Shown in pieces: positions 36,860 through 47,333 of a DNA stretch of 64,000 bases. The stretch spans positions 1-64,000 of IMG/VR virus record IMGVR_UViG_3300017917_003612; one strand, given 5' to 3'. Under the pieces are notes generated by a model. It was given only the letters and a program-made list of their open reading frames with translations. It searched no databases and was not told where the DNA came from. The position numbers and the translations under genes were made by a program. Position 1 is the first letter of the stretch. Each line of letters opens with the position of its first letter. This DNA is from a virus.

Positions 36860-37717
36860 TTAAGAAAAATGGACTGCTTTTACAAATTGTCTTGTTTGCA
36901 ATAATTCTAATATTTCTAAGTCTGTGCATAAATCAGCTACTGGAATACCCCCTATGCTTTTGGACAAATATTCCCAAGTATAGCCAAGAGATTTAAAAAA
37001 CTGTTGGTGGGTGTTGTAATAAGCTTGCAACTGGTTTTTTAAGTTACTGTTTTCATCATTCCAAAATTTGATTACAAAATCTGCCGAGTAGTGTTTAAAT
37101 GGTTGAAATGCAGCAGGCTCTATATATGTATCATGGTCTAGCATTAAATCGAACAGTGTTTTACCAATCTCAACATAGTTTAAATACACTGACCCATACG
37201 TGATTTTAGAGTCAAAATATTGATAATCACTTTCTTGTAGGATTTCAGTCTTAGGAAGCCCAAAATACGTAACCACGTGTCTAGGGTGTGCTCCTCTTGC
37301 AATACTTTCACATTTATGAATCAAAATATTTAGATCACATAAATTTTGTCGAAAATCCTTATTGTTGTTAGAAACATTTAATAATCCATGCTCCTTCTCA
37401 AATATATGATGCAATCTATTTAAAGTGTCTTGATCTTCAACTGAATCTAAATCATAATCAATATTGATCCATTTGTTCAATTTTTTTATTGTTAGATTTA
37501 TTTCTGTCAAAGCACTATTTTTTTGATTATCAATTGTCCCAAAGCCGTAAAATCTATCAGGATTATCAATTGGATAATGTAGCTTTTGTGCTAGTAAAAC
37601 TCTTTGTATCCATTTTTTTGCTATTGGAGTATTCCGTAAATTATAGTCTATAATGATTCCATCGCTTGTATTAGTTGGATTTACATAGGTTATATGTAGT
37701 TTTTTGTAGTTCAACAT
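36860..37717 (-). CDS. Hypothetical phage protein
   Basis: Long AT-rich ORF (LN.LH..FE, LN..IH..E). Confidence 0.65.
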   Translation of the reverse strand: MLNYKKLHITYVNPTNTSDGIIIDYNLRNTPIAKKWIQRVLLAQKLHYPIDNPDRFYGFGTIDNQKNSALTEINLTIKKLNKWINIDYDLDSVEDQDTLNRLHHIFEKEHGLLNVSNNNKDFRQNLCDLNILIHKCESIARGAHPRHVVTYFGLPKTEILQESDYQYFDSKITYGSVYLNYVEIGKTLFDLMLDHDTYIEPAAFQPFKHYSADFVIKFWNDENSNLKNQLQAYYNTHQQFFKSLGYTWEYLSKSIGGIPVADLCTDLEILELLQTRQFVKAVHFS

Positions 37718-37739
37718 CCTGTTTTAAAATTTAGTCATA

Positions 37740-37782
37740 AAAAAACTCCTACTACAAGATATTTAACTTTTGTAGTAGGAGT
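37740..37782 (-). terminator. Intrinsic terminator with TAAATA in the loop
   Basis: ACTCCTACTACAA...TTGTAGTAGGAGT plus U-tract. Confidence 0.75.
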
Positions 37783-37799
37783 AGTTGTGTTTGCTAATT

Positions 37800-38357
37800 T
37801 TACTGTTTGCTCAAATCTTCAAATGCTTTGTCTGATCTTTCCACAGCATTTTTGCTAGCACGGAGTTGATCTTTACGTTTCATGATAGCGTTAGCTTCAC
37901 CTGTTGGTAATGCCAACAGTACATAAGACCTAAACCTGCCATTTTCTGCTACACGTACAGTTTCTACTATCTCGGCACCGGATATGTCAACTCGTCGACA
38001 CATACTACGAATGGCCACTTCACTGTTTTCTGCGCTAGCAGATTCTGTGTCATTCATGTACATTTTGCTAGATTTATCTACCTCACCACCTGCTGCCATA
38101 CATATCGAGCTAAGAGCAATAGTCTTGGCCTTCATGTCTGCCATTGCAAAATCTCTGCTTACAGCCGAGCCATTAGCATAAACAGCATTCTTGCTTTCGG
38201 GCAGTTTGCTCATCCATTTAGGAGCTCGATCAATTGCACGTTCAGCGGCCTTGTCCTGGCGTTCGCGCTCGGCATCTGCTCGTTTGTCATAAACATTGGT
38301 TGTGCCGCATGCAACAAGAACCGTTGCAACAGTCAACATCAAAAACAATTTTTTCAT
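37800..38357 (-). CDS. Lipoprotein (LPP20-like)
   Basis: MKKLF...LVAC lipobox; APKW, A.G.A.S motifs. Confidence 0.65.
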   Translation of the reverse strand: MKKLFLMLTVATVLVACGTTNVYDKRADAERERQDKAAERAIDRAPKWMSKLPESKNAVYANGSAVSRDFAMADMKAKTIALSSICMAAGGEVDKSSKMYMNDTESASAENSEVAIRSMCRRVDISGAEIVETVRVAENGRFRSYVLLALPTGEANAIMKRKDQLRASKNAVERSDKAFEDLSKQ

Positions 38358-38365
38358 ATCTAACC

Positions 38366-38485
38366 TCATTTTGATTGAATCCAATCTCCAACACGACTCA
38401 GATCTCGCCCGGCACCTGAAATCGCGCCACCTAAAGTACCACAACCCGTTAGGGTAAACAACAGAAAAACAAGTAAAGTTTTCAT
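38366..38485 (-). CDS. Entericidin-like small lipoprotein, 39 aa
   Basis: MKTLLVFLLFTLTGCGTLGGAISGAGRDLSRVGDWIQSK; translated by hand. Confidence 0.55.
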   Translation of the reverse strand: MKTLLVFLLFTLTGCGTLGGAISGAGRDLSRVGDWIQSK

Positions 38486-38506
38486 AATTCAATTATAATA
38501 AAATGA

Positions 38507-39112
38507 TCAAAATTTGTCAACCACTGTCCACTCATTTCTTATTACACATCCCATTATTTCCCATTGCATTAGAGTGTTGTTTTTTGGATTTACATCCGAT
38601 TCTAAAAAATATCTACATATGGTTCCTTTGTGTTCAAACGGTGCAGGTTCTGCAGGATGAGGCTTTAGTTCACTTACTTGAAAAGTATCATTCTTTTTGA
38701 GTCCTTTGCGCAATTGCGGCGTTTGAAAATCGTTACAATACAGGGTCTGGCTAGACTGCACTGCTATGCCTTGTATTTTTTCTAAAATTTTAGTGCGTCC
38801 AACTTGCATGGCCTGACTGCAGATTTGATCAGTACTGTCCGTAATAAACCCTTGACTTTCACCTCTGGCGTCATACCATTTGTTATTGATGTTGGCTTTA
38901 AACAAAATTGTACAGATCTGCTGATTGTTTTGTGTTTTGACAAATTTTTGATAATCAGCTATTTCGCGAATTTCCGTTTTAGTCTGATTGGTTAAAACAG
39001 ATTCTTGATAACATTCTGCTACAGCCAAACCAGGAAATCCAAAAATTAGTGCGAATTTAAACGCTGCTCTCGTTCTAGCAAGTATTTTTGCTCTGAATCT
39101 GTGATTGGACAT
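38507..39112 (-). CDS. Exported Cys-containing protein
   Basis: Signal-like LAVA-EC. Confidence 0.6.
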   Translation of the reverse strand: MSNHRFRAKILARTRAAFKFALIFGFPGLAVAECYQESVLTNQTKTEIREIADYQKFVKTQNNQQICTILFKANINNKWYDARGESQGFITDSTDQICSQAMQVGRTKILEKIQGIAVQSSQTLYCNDFQTPQLRKGLKKNDTFQVSELKPHPAEPAPFEHKGTICRYFLESDVNPKNNTLMQWEIMGCVIRNEWTVVDKF

Positions 39113-39423
39113 TGTTGCCTTATCTCCCTTTGTGCATGTTTGATCATAGCTTCATGTTTGAAATTCAATGTATCTGTGCTGTCTTGTGTAGTTCCATTGT
39201 AGGCATTTGAAAGAATACCAACTACACTGGTCATTTGAAAAGCCACTTTTAAGCGATCCCATTGACTGTATTTCTGGCTTTCCAAAAATTTATACTGTTC
39301 TTCTCGACGACTACAATCTACTTTAAATGTGCTCAGTTCAGTAAAATTCATCCTGGAAGGTGCAGTTGTGCATGCCCATTGCCCTAGACACCCAATAATT
39401 ATTATCAGTTTTTTCATTTGCAA
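39046..39423 (-). CDS. Putative lipoprotein
   Basis: MKKLIIII...WAC. Confidence 0.55.
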   Translation of the reverse strand: MQMKKLIIIIGCLGQWACTTAPSRMNFTELSTFKVDCSRREEQYKFLESQKYSQWDRLKVAFQMTSVVGILSNAYNGTTQDSTDTLNFKHEAMIKHAQREIRQQCPITDSEQKYLLEREQRLNSH

Positions 39424-39626
39424 TCTTTTTGAAGTTTCCAGTATGCTCTACGTAAATTTCTACGAGTCTCTATGTCATTGTCAGACAAAAGAGACTCTGA
39501 TCGAGCTATTAAAGATTCTTGATGTTTTTTATTATAACAATCTGAAAACCATAAATTGGTTTCCGGTGTGTGTCTAGTGGCACACGCCGATACAAATATT
39601 GTTAAAACTAAAACAAATCTTTTCAT
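39414..39626 (-). CDS. Small lipoprotein
   Basis: VSAC lipobox. Confidence 0.6.
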   Translation of the reverse strand: MKRFVLVLTIFVSACATRHTPETNLWFSDCYNKKHQESLIARSESLLSDNDIETRRNLRRAYWKLQKDCK

Positions 39627-39787
39627 TTTGTTTTGTTGGGCAAAACAACAGATTTAAAAATAGATAAAGCAGTGTTTTCATTGCAGCCGGCATTTCTTGC
39701 AATATATCTAACTGCATCGCGTGTGTTTAATTGCAGAATAAAAACAGCTTCGTCGGCAAATCGTTGTGCTTTGGTCATAATATCTCC

Positions 39788-40174
39788 TTACCAAGATGAG
39801 TTGTAAAAAACTTTTAAACCTGAAAAAATTTCTGCTCGTGCTCGACGGACAAATTCTAAATCTTGTTCACGATAATAATCATCGCTATTACTACCAAAGA
39901 AAAAACCAGAAGTAGATGGGAGCCAGCCATTTTTTACATCCTCCTCGAGTTGATCTAGGTCTTCCCATGTTAACTCAAGTTCAACACCATTAAACATAGG
40001 ATCGTCTGAGCTAGAAAGCGGAAAGCCTTTTTGGTGCCATAACTGTTCCATCCAACCGTGTAGATTAGGATGTTTACGCCAGTAGGCAATTTCTCGTTGT
40101 GCGCCAGTGCCCCACTCTTCATTTGCTTTTGCAGCAGCATAAGCGTACATATCTAAACCCATTTGTGTCTCCAA
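39788..40174 (-). CDS. Conserved phage hypothetical (GLDMY...YWRKH..LHGW)
   Basis: Motif recognition; promoter TTGACT-N17-TATAAT at 40221-40193. Confidence 0.7.
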   Translation of the reverse strand: METQMGLDMYAYAAAKANEEWGTGAQREIAYWRKHPNLHGWMEQLWHQKGFPLSSSDDPMFNGVELELTWEDLDQLEEDVKNGWLPSTSGFFFGSNSDDYYREQDLEFVRRARAEIFSGLKVFYNSSW

Positions 40175-40204
40175 AAATTACAAAGTAGAACTATTATATC
40201 TAAT

Positions 40205-40501
40205 TTAGGAATTAGAGTCAATGGGCTTTTTTGGTTTTAATTTCACTACCGTGAGTTTGGTGTTTTTATTGATAGGAGGTGGATCGTTTAATTTCTCTCC
40301 AAATTCTCGTCCCACATAGTATTCACATAATCTATGCCTGCACATGGTGGGAATATCTTCGAAGCCAGGTTCTAATAGAAACTGATAAGGACTTCGTCCC
40401 CAGGTGCTATTTTTAATAAATGTGTAATAACTTCTGCGGTGTTCTTTATTTGAAGGATTAAAAACCGTAGCAGGTCTACAGTTGAGAAGTAGTTTATTCA
40501 C
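40205..40501 (-). CDS. Hypothetical phage protein
   Basis: Likely GTG start near 40501, downstream of the terminator. Confidence 0.55.
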   Translation of the reverse strand: MNKLLLNCRPATVFNPSNKEHRRSYYTFIKNSTWGRSPYQFLLEPGFEDIPTMCRHRLCEYYVGREFGEKLNDPPPINKNTKLTVVKLKPKKPIDSNS

Positions 40502-40545
40502 GATTTTAATAAAAAAGTTAGTAAGGATTATATAGTAACACAAAG

Positions 40546-40570
40546 AAAAAGCCCTGTCAAGCAGGGCTTT
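40546..40570 (-). terminator. Intrinsic terminator
   Basis: AAAGCCCTG...CAGGGCTTT plus U-tract. Confidence 0.75.
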
Positions 40571-40596
40571 AGAGTGTTGCATTTCTACAACAAAGT

Positions 40597-40815
40597 TTAC
40601 TTTTTAGCAACAGTTTGCTTGGGAATAAAGCTAGTTGCTGATTCAGCAACAGTCTTTGCCATGTCGGTACCAACTGCGGCTACGGTTTTGGTCCAATTGG
40701 CCTGAGCGTCAATTAGGGTTTCAAATCCACTGCGAATTTCTTCGTTTGGAATATGAGCAAAAACTGCTTTGGTCTGTTTTGCTGCGTTATCAACTAGTGT
40801 ATCGATGTTATACAT
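40597..40815 (-). CDS. Small helical protein, possibly phasin-like
   Basis: Ala/Thr/Lys-rich amphipathic helices; AAGGAG RBS; own terminator. Confidence 0.45.
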   Translation of the reverse strand: MYNIDTLVDNAAKQTKAVFAHIPNEEIRSGFETLIDAQANWTKTVAAVGTDMAKTVAESATSFIPKQTVAKK

Positions 40816-40955
40816 GTGAATCTCCTTGTAAGTAAAGTATCTGTATTATATTATAATTTATGCGGCAGTGCAACATAGAATATGCTCATATAATGATTTT
40901 GTTTGTTCTTTTTTTATCACTAAATATTTTACATATTTTTCAAGGAGATTTCAAA

Positions 40956-41249
40956 ATGGAATTAGTAATTCTACTAGTAGCTGTGATTGGTGTACTTGGT
41001 TGGTTTCTATGGCGTGACCGCAAATTTGATGAAGCTGGGTCACACCCATTAGATGGTGCCACCAAATCGTCGGTTTTAGATGTCAATCACGATGGACGAG
41101 TTGATCTTAAAGACGCAGTAGCAGCAGCCGAGGTAGTTGTTGAAAAAACAAAGAAGACAGCCGCAAAAACCAAAGCAGTTGCCAAAGCCACTGCTGCCAA
41201 AGTCAAAACTTCTGCAAAGAAAACTGCTGCAAAGAAACCTAAAAAGTAA
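40956..41249 (+). CDS. Membrane-anchored protein with EF-hand/dockerin-like loop and Lys/Ala-rich tail
   Basis: N-terminal TM, DVNHDGRVDLKD, KTAAK repeats; AAGGAG RBS. Confidence 0.7.
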   Translation: MELVILLVAVIGVLGWFLWRDRKFDEAGSHPLDGATKSSVLDVNHDGRVDLKDAVAAAEVVVEKTKKTAAKTKAVAKATAAKVKTSAKKTAAKKPKK

Positions 41250-41252
41250 TAA

Positions 41253-42341
41253 ATGTATTATCCTAACGTCGGAGTCTATTGCGACTCCGACTCCATTCGT
41301 TATCATTTTTCTCAATTCAAACAACTAAATCCACTTAGAGATTGTGCCGGTTATGACAATCTTGATGAATTTTGGCAGGCGTCGTGTTCAATCAAAATAG
41401 CAGGCCTGCATGTTCCATATCCGTTTAACAATGAATTTAGAAATAAAGTTTTGGCAATCAGTGCCAGATGCGATCATGTTTTTGTAGTTGCCACTGAAGT
41501 ACATCCCGAAATAGTTTCTTTTATTCAATCGACTGATCTTGCAAACATCACATATTATATCTGCGGTTTTGTAAATTTTGAACTACAGCATGCCCAAATG
41601 AAACCTTTTATGGATTGGTTCGAAACCAGCACATATTTTTATAGGCACTGGTTACCAGAAATACTAACTAGACTGCGTCCCTACGAAACAAAATACCGAG
41701 CATTTGATATTTTGTTGGGTAGAAAAAAATTGCACAGAGATGAGCTATATAAACACATCAAAGAAAAACCCTGTTTAGGAATTGTTACTTATTTTGATAG
41801 CCACACTAGTCAACTAGGAAATGATCCCGACAAATGGATTTGGGAGCATACTGGAGTAAAAATTATCAATCAACCAGATTGGACTGTTGATCGAGTGAAC
41901 TATTATGGACATGTTATGAGCCTGAGTCAAATTATTCCTGTGAATGTTTATAATCAAACAGCCTACAGTGTTGTTGCTGAAACTTGTTTTCATGACAGCT
42001 TTGCATTCTTTACTGAAAAAACAAGCAAACCAATAATAGCAAAAAGATTGTTTGTTATGTTTGCTGGTCGTGACTATTTGGCCAATCTACGTCGTTTGGG
42101 ATTCAAAACATTCAATGGTATCATAGATGAAAGTTATGATTCAGAATCTGACGCAGTGATTAGATGGCGTTGTGCGTGGGAACAGATGGTATGGTTGGCA
42201 GATCAACCACAGGAACAAATACTACAACAAGTACAACCAATTGTAGAACATAACTTTTCAGTTATGATGCGAACTAATTGGGCGGAAAACTTCAGACTTG
42301 AATTAGAGAACGATATTTTAACGATTTTGAACAAAAATTAG
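41253..42341 (+). CDS. Putative glycosyltransferase-like protein (ET...TEK..KP family)
   Basis: VAET...FTEKT.KPI...GFKTF..IIDESYD. Confidence 0.5.
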   Translation: MYYPNVGVYCDSDSIRYHFSQFKQLNPLRDCAGYDNLDEFWQASCSIKIAGLHVPYPFNNEFRNKVLAISARCDHVFVVATEVHPEIVSFIQSTDLANITYYICGFVNFELQHAQMKPFMDWFETSTYFYRHWLPEILTRLRPYETKYRAFDILLGRKKLHRDELYKHIKEKPCLGIVTYFDSHTSQLGNDPDKWIWEHTGVKIINQPDWTVDRVNYYGHVMSLSQIIPVNVYNQTAYSVVAETCFHDSFAFFTEKTSKPIIAKRLFVMFAGRDYLANLRRLGFKTFNGIIDESYDSESDAVIRWRCAWEQMVWLADQPQEQILQQVQPIVEHNFSVMMRTNWAENFRLELENDILTILNKN

Positions 42342-42348
42342 ATACAAA

Positions 42349-43470
42349 ATGTCATTTGCCGAAAACACAATTGCAGTATATCATCTTATTGAACAAGGTT
42401 TTACAAATCATTGTTATAATAATATACATTGCATTAAAAATTATAAATCTAAAGTTTTTTACGATCAAGAATACAATGATTTTTTGTCGTGCAGCACCAA
42501 ATTTAAGTTTGCCTTTTTTGAAATAACTTATCTTGCGAACCCGCCGCGATCTGACAAATGGTTAGAGATATTTCACAATGTTTACCCAATAGTTGATAAA
42601 TGTTTTATTTTTGTTGGAGATTTAGAGCCAAATGCAATTGCCCGTATACAGTCGCTTGATTTACCAAATGTTGTTTTTTTCATGCCCGGCGAAATCAACA
42701 ACTACTCAATGAAAGTGGCCAAAAAATATTTTTGGAACAATTACATGTCTGAAGTAATAAATCTTTATTTAAAATTATTTCCAAACGATCTAACCAACAA
42801 ATTAAATTTGCCTGTAGAAAATAAAAAGAATTTTGACATTTTATTAGGGCAAAAAAAAGAAAACAAAAATTTAATTTATAATATTTTAAAAGAAAAAGAT
42901 CTTTTCCAATGCAATTATGTTACATATTTTCAAGCATGGGAAGACAATATCAAATTGTTTGATAATTTGACTTTTCATGACACAGACATAAATTATTCAC
43001 AAGGAAGTGGAATGGTTGACTACAAAGGTCATAACATTCATTTATCATCTGTTATTCCAACGGAAGTGTATAATATTACCAATTACACTTTGATTGTTGA
43101 GACTTATTGCTCAAACGATTTTACTTTTTTTACAGAAAAAATCATCAAACCAATTTTAGCTAAAAGATTGTTCGTAGTTTGTGCTGGTCAAAACTATCTG
43201 ACAAATTTAAAAAATTTAGGATTCAAAACTTTTGATGGTATTATTGACGAAAGTTATGATAGTGAGCCAGATCTTTCAAAAAGATTTTTACTTGCATTGG
43301 AACAACTTGAAAAATTGTGTACACGCGATTTTGAAGAAATAATGTTACTGGCAAACAATATTTTGGAACACAATGCAGCAATTGCTGAATCTCTATGTGG
43401 CTGTTACATTTATGATCTTGCTAGAGAAATTAGTAAGATTGTAAATGTTGTTGATACAACTGCTGACTAG
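42349..43470 (+). CDS. Putative glycosyltransferase-like protein (paralogue)
   Basis: Same C-terminal motif set. Confidence 0.5.
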   Translation: MSFAENTIAVYHLIEQGFTNHCYNNIHCIKNYKSKVFYDQEYNDFLSCSTKFKFAFFEITYLANPPRSDKWLEIFHNVYPIVDKCFIFVGDLEPNAIARIQSLDLPNVVFFMPGEINNYSMKVAKKYFWNNYMSEVINLYLKLFPNDLTNKLNLPVENKKNFDILLGQKKENKNLIYNILKEKDLFQCNYVTYFQAWEDNIKLFDNLTFHDTDINYSQGSGMVDYKGHNIHLSSVIPTEVYNITNYTLIVETYCSNDFTFFTEKIIKPILAKRLFVVCAGQNYLTNLKNLGFKTFDGIIDESYDSEPDLSKRFLLALEQLEKLCTRDFEEIMLLANNILEHNAAIAESLCGCYIYDLAREISKIVNVVDTTAD

Positions 43471-44449
43471 CCAAATTTTTGCCTTTAGCTTCAACCATAA
43501 TATCTGCCCATGTGCCGTGCTCTAATGCCCATTTGTTGCAAGCCTGATTCCAAGCAAAGTCCGAATGTGCTCGCAGTTTTTGTTTCTTGTAACCAGCTGC
43601 TAGAAGACTTTCAAGGTCAGGCCGTATATTAGGGTCATGACCCACCAACACGTCTTCCCTACTAGTACTAAAATGAACAACAGGGCGAACACCACGCCAA
43701 CTGTCGCAAATCCTCTTGATACGATCGTCTCTATAGTCAATGTATTCTCCAGTTGCAATCCAATGATGATGGAGGTCTAATACCAAGGCACAATCGTTGA
43801 CCAGTTCGAGGCTGGCGTCAAGTCCCCAGGACATTTCGTCGTTTTCGATGGTGATGCAATTTCTTGCTTCGGGGCTGAGACGCTGGAGTGCAGCTTGGAT
43901 ACCGGCTGGACCGCGTTTACCCGAGATGTGGACATTGATTTTAAAGTCCTGGAACGTTGAGCCATAGCCCATCCATCTAGCCATATCTGCATGATATTCA
44001 AACTCCTCAATACTTCTATTTACGATGTTGTCATTCTCACTAGCCAACACACAGAACTGCCCAGGATGAAAACTGAGTCTAACATCCAGGCGTCGTGCAG
44101 TTTCGCCAATCGGTGCAAAGATTTTTTCCAAATGACGTTGCACATCTGCTTGCTGCCACCAAGATTGCCAGTCTTTTTCTGTATAACCTTGCAGCATTTC
44201 CGAACCAAGTCGAACCATTCTACGTTCAGGCGGCAACGTAGCTACACGTTCAATCATCTTGACTGCGGCAGCAGCGTTATGATTCATGATATCCCACTGA
44301 CGCTGTTCGGCTTCTCCAGGATGTTCACGCAACCAGCGCATAGTGGTACTACGGCCGTTGAGATCACGATCCTTTGCATTGACTTTCATACCCCCACATT
44401 CGCTAGGATCATTTAACCACTTGCAGGCAAAGCCTATTCGTCCGATCAT
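43430..44449 (-). CDS. uvsE: UV damage endonuclease UvsE/UvdE
   Basis: RIGFAC, RLSFHPGQF, NVH, IENDE, LDLHHH, RAHSD, IMVEAK.K. Confidence 0.92.
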   Translation of the reverse strand: MIGRIGFACKWLNDPSECGGMKVNAKDRDLNGRSTTMRWLREHPGEAEQRQWDIMNHNAAAAVKMIERVATLPPERRMVRLGSEMLQGYTEKDWQSWWQQADVQRHLEKIFAPIGETARRLDVRLSFHPGQFCVLASENDNIVNRSIEEFEYHADMARWMGYGSTFQDFKINVHISGKRGPAGIQAALQRLSPEARNCITIENDEMSWGLDASLELVNDCALVLDLHHHWIATGEYIDYRDDRIKRICDSWRGVRPVVHFSTSREDVLVGHDPNIRPDLESLLAAGYKKQKLRAHSDFAWNQACNKWALEHGTWADIMVEAKGKNLASQQLYQQHLQSY

Positions 44450-44694
44450 GTGTTCCTTATAACATACATTGTTAGTCCTGCACCTTGCTCAACCACCACA
44501 CTATCTTTAGGATATTTACGGTAGGTCGCGATGTATTCGCCGGTTCTGCAATTTACTCGTTTCTTTATTACAGCTTCGATTATAATCATCTTATTGCTTA
44601 GTTTGGCCACTTTACCAATCATCAACTTATTTGATTGCGGAAATGCAACAAAGTCGTTGACACAAATATCTTTACCCAAAGCGTCTGTGTGCAT
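44446..44694 (-). CDS. Small SH3/KOW-like hypothetical protein
   Basis: D.LG..I.V.D.VAF; start approximate. Confidence 0.45.
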   Translation of the reverse strand: MHTDALGKDICVNDFVAFPQSNKLMIGKVAKLSNKMIIIEAVIKKRVNCRTGEYIATYRKYPKDSVVVEQGAGLTMYVIRNT

Positions 44695-44745
44695 AAGAAA
44701 TTTATTTAAAAATGATATTATAACTGCACTTTGATATAAAGTCAA

Positions 44746-47299
44746 TCATGCGAATCTCAGTGCAAATTCAGTAGCTACTTGTTCGTTTCTAAAAACAAAA
44801 ACAGTATCAGAATCTTCTAACTTATCGCTATCTCCTAAACTGTATTGATTATAATACAGCCAATCATCGCCATTGAGCCAGTGTTGAATTTCACCTTCTC
44901 TGCCACCATATCTCACTGACCCTGTGCCAGCATTTGCTTTTAGCCATGATTCAATTTCATCATGTTTTTGTGTCATGTTACGGTATGGAATTTTAATAGT
45001 ACTAGGCATTATCCTCCCCACCTTAGTAGAAATAAGGTAGCATCTGCTTGATTTTGAAAAGCAAAATACAAACCATTATTACGCCAGGTGCCTCTATCAA
45101 AGTTATCTATGCAGTAGGCTTCCAATCTACAAGCCTGTTCCCACGCATCAGGTTCAGGAAGCATACGATATTGATATGGCCAATATCTTTTGTTATAGGT
45201 TTGCATTATGGATAATAATCCTCGTAAGGGACTACTACCCAGCCTAGTTGCTTGAAGTCTTCGCGTATTTCTTCTGTAATTATGCTTTCCGGTACAAATT
45301 TTGCTATCATGGCCATGTTTGCTAGTTGTTCTTCTGACAATTCCATAGTTAAACCATCTTCATTGTAGAGACCGGTATCTCTAATACCTGAACAATACCA
45401 ATCCATGTAGTCACCTTCACACCGAATATCTGCTACAATACCACCGGCATAACGCCAAGTGCATGACCATGTTTCATCTTTGAGTACGGACATGAGTTCG
45501 AGTTTTTGAAAGGCATTGTTGCAGAGTGCAGCATATAAATTTTGAGCATAACTTTCACTGGCTCGAACTTTTTCTACGAACCATCGTGCGTCTTTCATGT
45601 CGCGTTCAAAATTATATTCCATTATTGTCCTTGCCATCGCAATTGAAACAACATGGCTTCATGTTCATTTAGAAATTCAAATTCGTATCTTATCCACCAT
45701 TCTGGCTCATTATCCAGCCACGACCATGCCGTAGTTGCATCATTTTCGTACACCATCCATCCAACAAAACTTGGACAATTATTTCTAGCCCAATCTGTAG
45801 TAAATGTTTCATTGATGTCATACAAAGTAATTATTGCCATTTTAATAAAAAATTACTAGCATCAGATTCGTTTTCAATTACTACTACCATGCCTTGCTGA
45901 TGTTTTCTGCCCTTTGGCAAACATTGATCCATCCAAGTATATATCTCAGTTTCATTGTCCGCCCACCAACGATAATCAGCAATTATAATGTAATGATGTG
46001 GCATTTCATCATCAAAAGGTCCTGTGTGAATAAACCTGCCTTTTTCTTTAGGAAATACTACGCTCACTGTTTTTGATTCTCTTTAGGTGGTTTGACTGAG
46101 CAAATAGCAACAAATCCTTTGTTGTCCCAATCTCGTCGTGCATCCATACATTCTACATAATTTGGGTAGACTTTACTGTATACGAATTTTATCTTTGGAG
46201 GTGGGTCCGTCCATAGTTGTACAATAAGTATCCAAGGCATCAAATCTAACATGTCATGTCCTTAAAATTTCAAAAGTCCATTTGGCACTATCTGGATCTA
46301 TATCAAACCATAATTGATCGTTTTTGTCTAGCCAAACAGTGAGCCCTTTGTTGGTAAAATACTCTACTGCGGTTTGTTTGAATTGTTTGTCATTGTACTC
46401 TTTACCTTTTTTTGCTGCCATTTGAATACTGTGAAGTTCGTCTATATAATATTTTAATATATGATCATGAAACCATTCGGGTGCGTCTCTAAAACGAAAT
46501 TGCATACTATCCCCACTTTAGCAAAAACATCAATAACTCTGCTTCGTTGCGAAATTTAAATGTATCAAAACTTGTTCTCCGGCCACATCTATTGTGCATG
46601 CACCATTCCTGTATCGGCTCAAGATTGTGTTCTCTTAATCCTGTTTGGGTGACAGGTCCGTGATCGTATGCAATTCTGGCAATTACGATCAAAGGATATG
46701 CTGCATCTCTCTCCCAAACTATCTTCATGTGATTCGAACACGATTCATTGCTGCACGGTCGCTATACAGTCGATGGCCACGTGATCTAAACAATTCTGCT
46801 GCTGTTTGAGGGTCTGTTTCGAACATCTGCTCAATATCTTCTTTACTTATACTCATATCACAGTCAACGGCATATAATTCATAATGACGCTGTTGATTGC
46901 ATCTAGCACGAAGTAGCATGTTTTGTATCATCTGATTGAGCGGATTACGAGCAGGCTCTTGATTATTTAATATCCTAAATGTGTTTTCGCTATCCCACTG
47001 TTCGTATTGGGTAATAGGAACCACACTTTCTAGGCCTTCTTCGCACCAGTAAACCAAATAAGCATTGGTGGTCATAGATATTTTATTTGGAAAAAAGTTG
47101 CCCTAGCTGGATCTTTAAAGTCTAATCTAATATCATCAAGCCAGCCGGTTTCATGAAACCATTCTCTGTGGTTACGACTTGTAAAACCCAATTCTCTTTC
47201 TACCCTGGCTCGAATCAAAAAGAATGTATCCCCGTATTCTTGAGTTATACGAGTCCTGATATCTTGCCAATGCTTTTTATCTAAAACTAAGGTAGTCAT
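44746..47299 (-). other. Tandem array of small ORFs, most ending F.F.(N/D)E..A..F.L(R/K)W (44746-45021, 45009-45206, 45622-45840, 45831-46067, 46254-46505, 46507-46728, 47072-47299), interspersed with 45206-45637, 46064-46252, 46725-47075
   Basis: Shared C-terminal motif read from the translations; single upstream promoter. Confidence 0.75.
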
Positions 47300-47304
47300 A
47301 CTGC

Positions 47305-47333
47305 ATTATAGCAGTATATTTAGATTAGGTCAA
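47305..47333 (-). promoter_or_regulatory. Sigma70-type promoter TTGACC-N17-TATAAT (leaderless transcript)
   Basis: ATG at 47299 is 5 nt after the -10. Confidence 0.7.
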
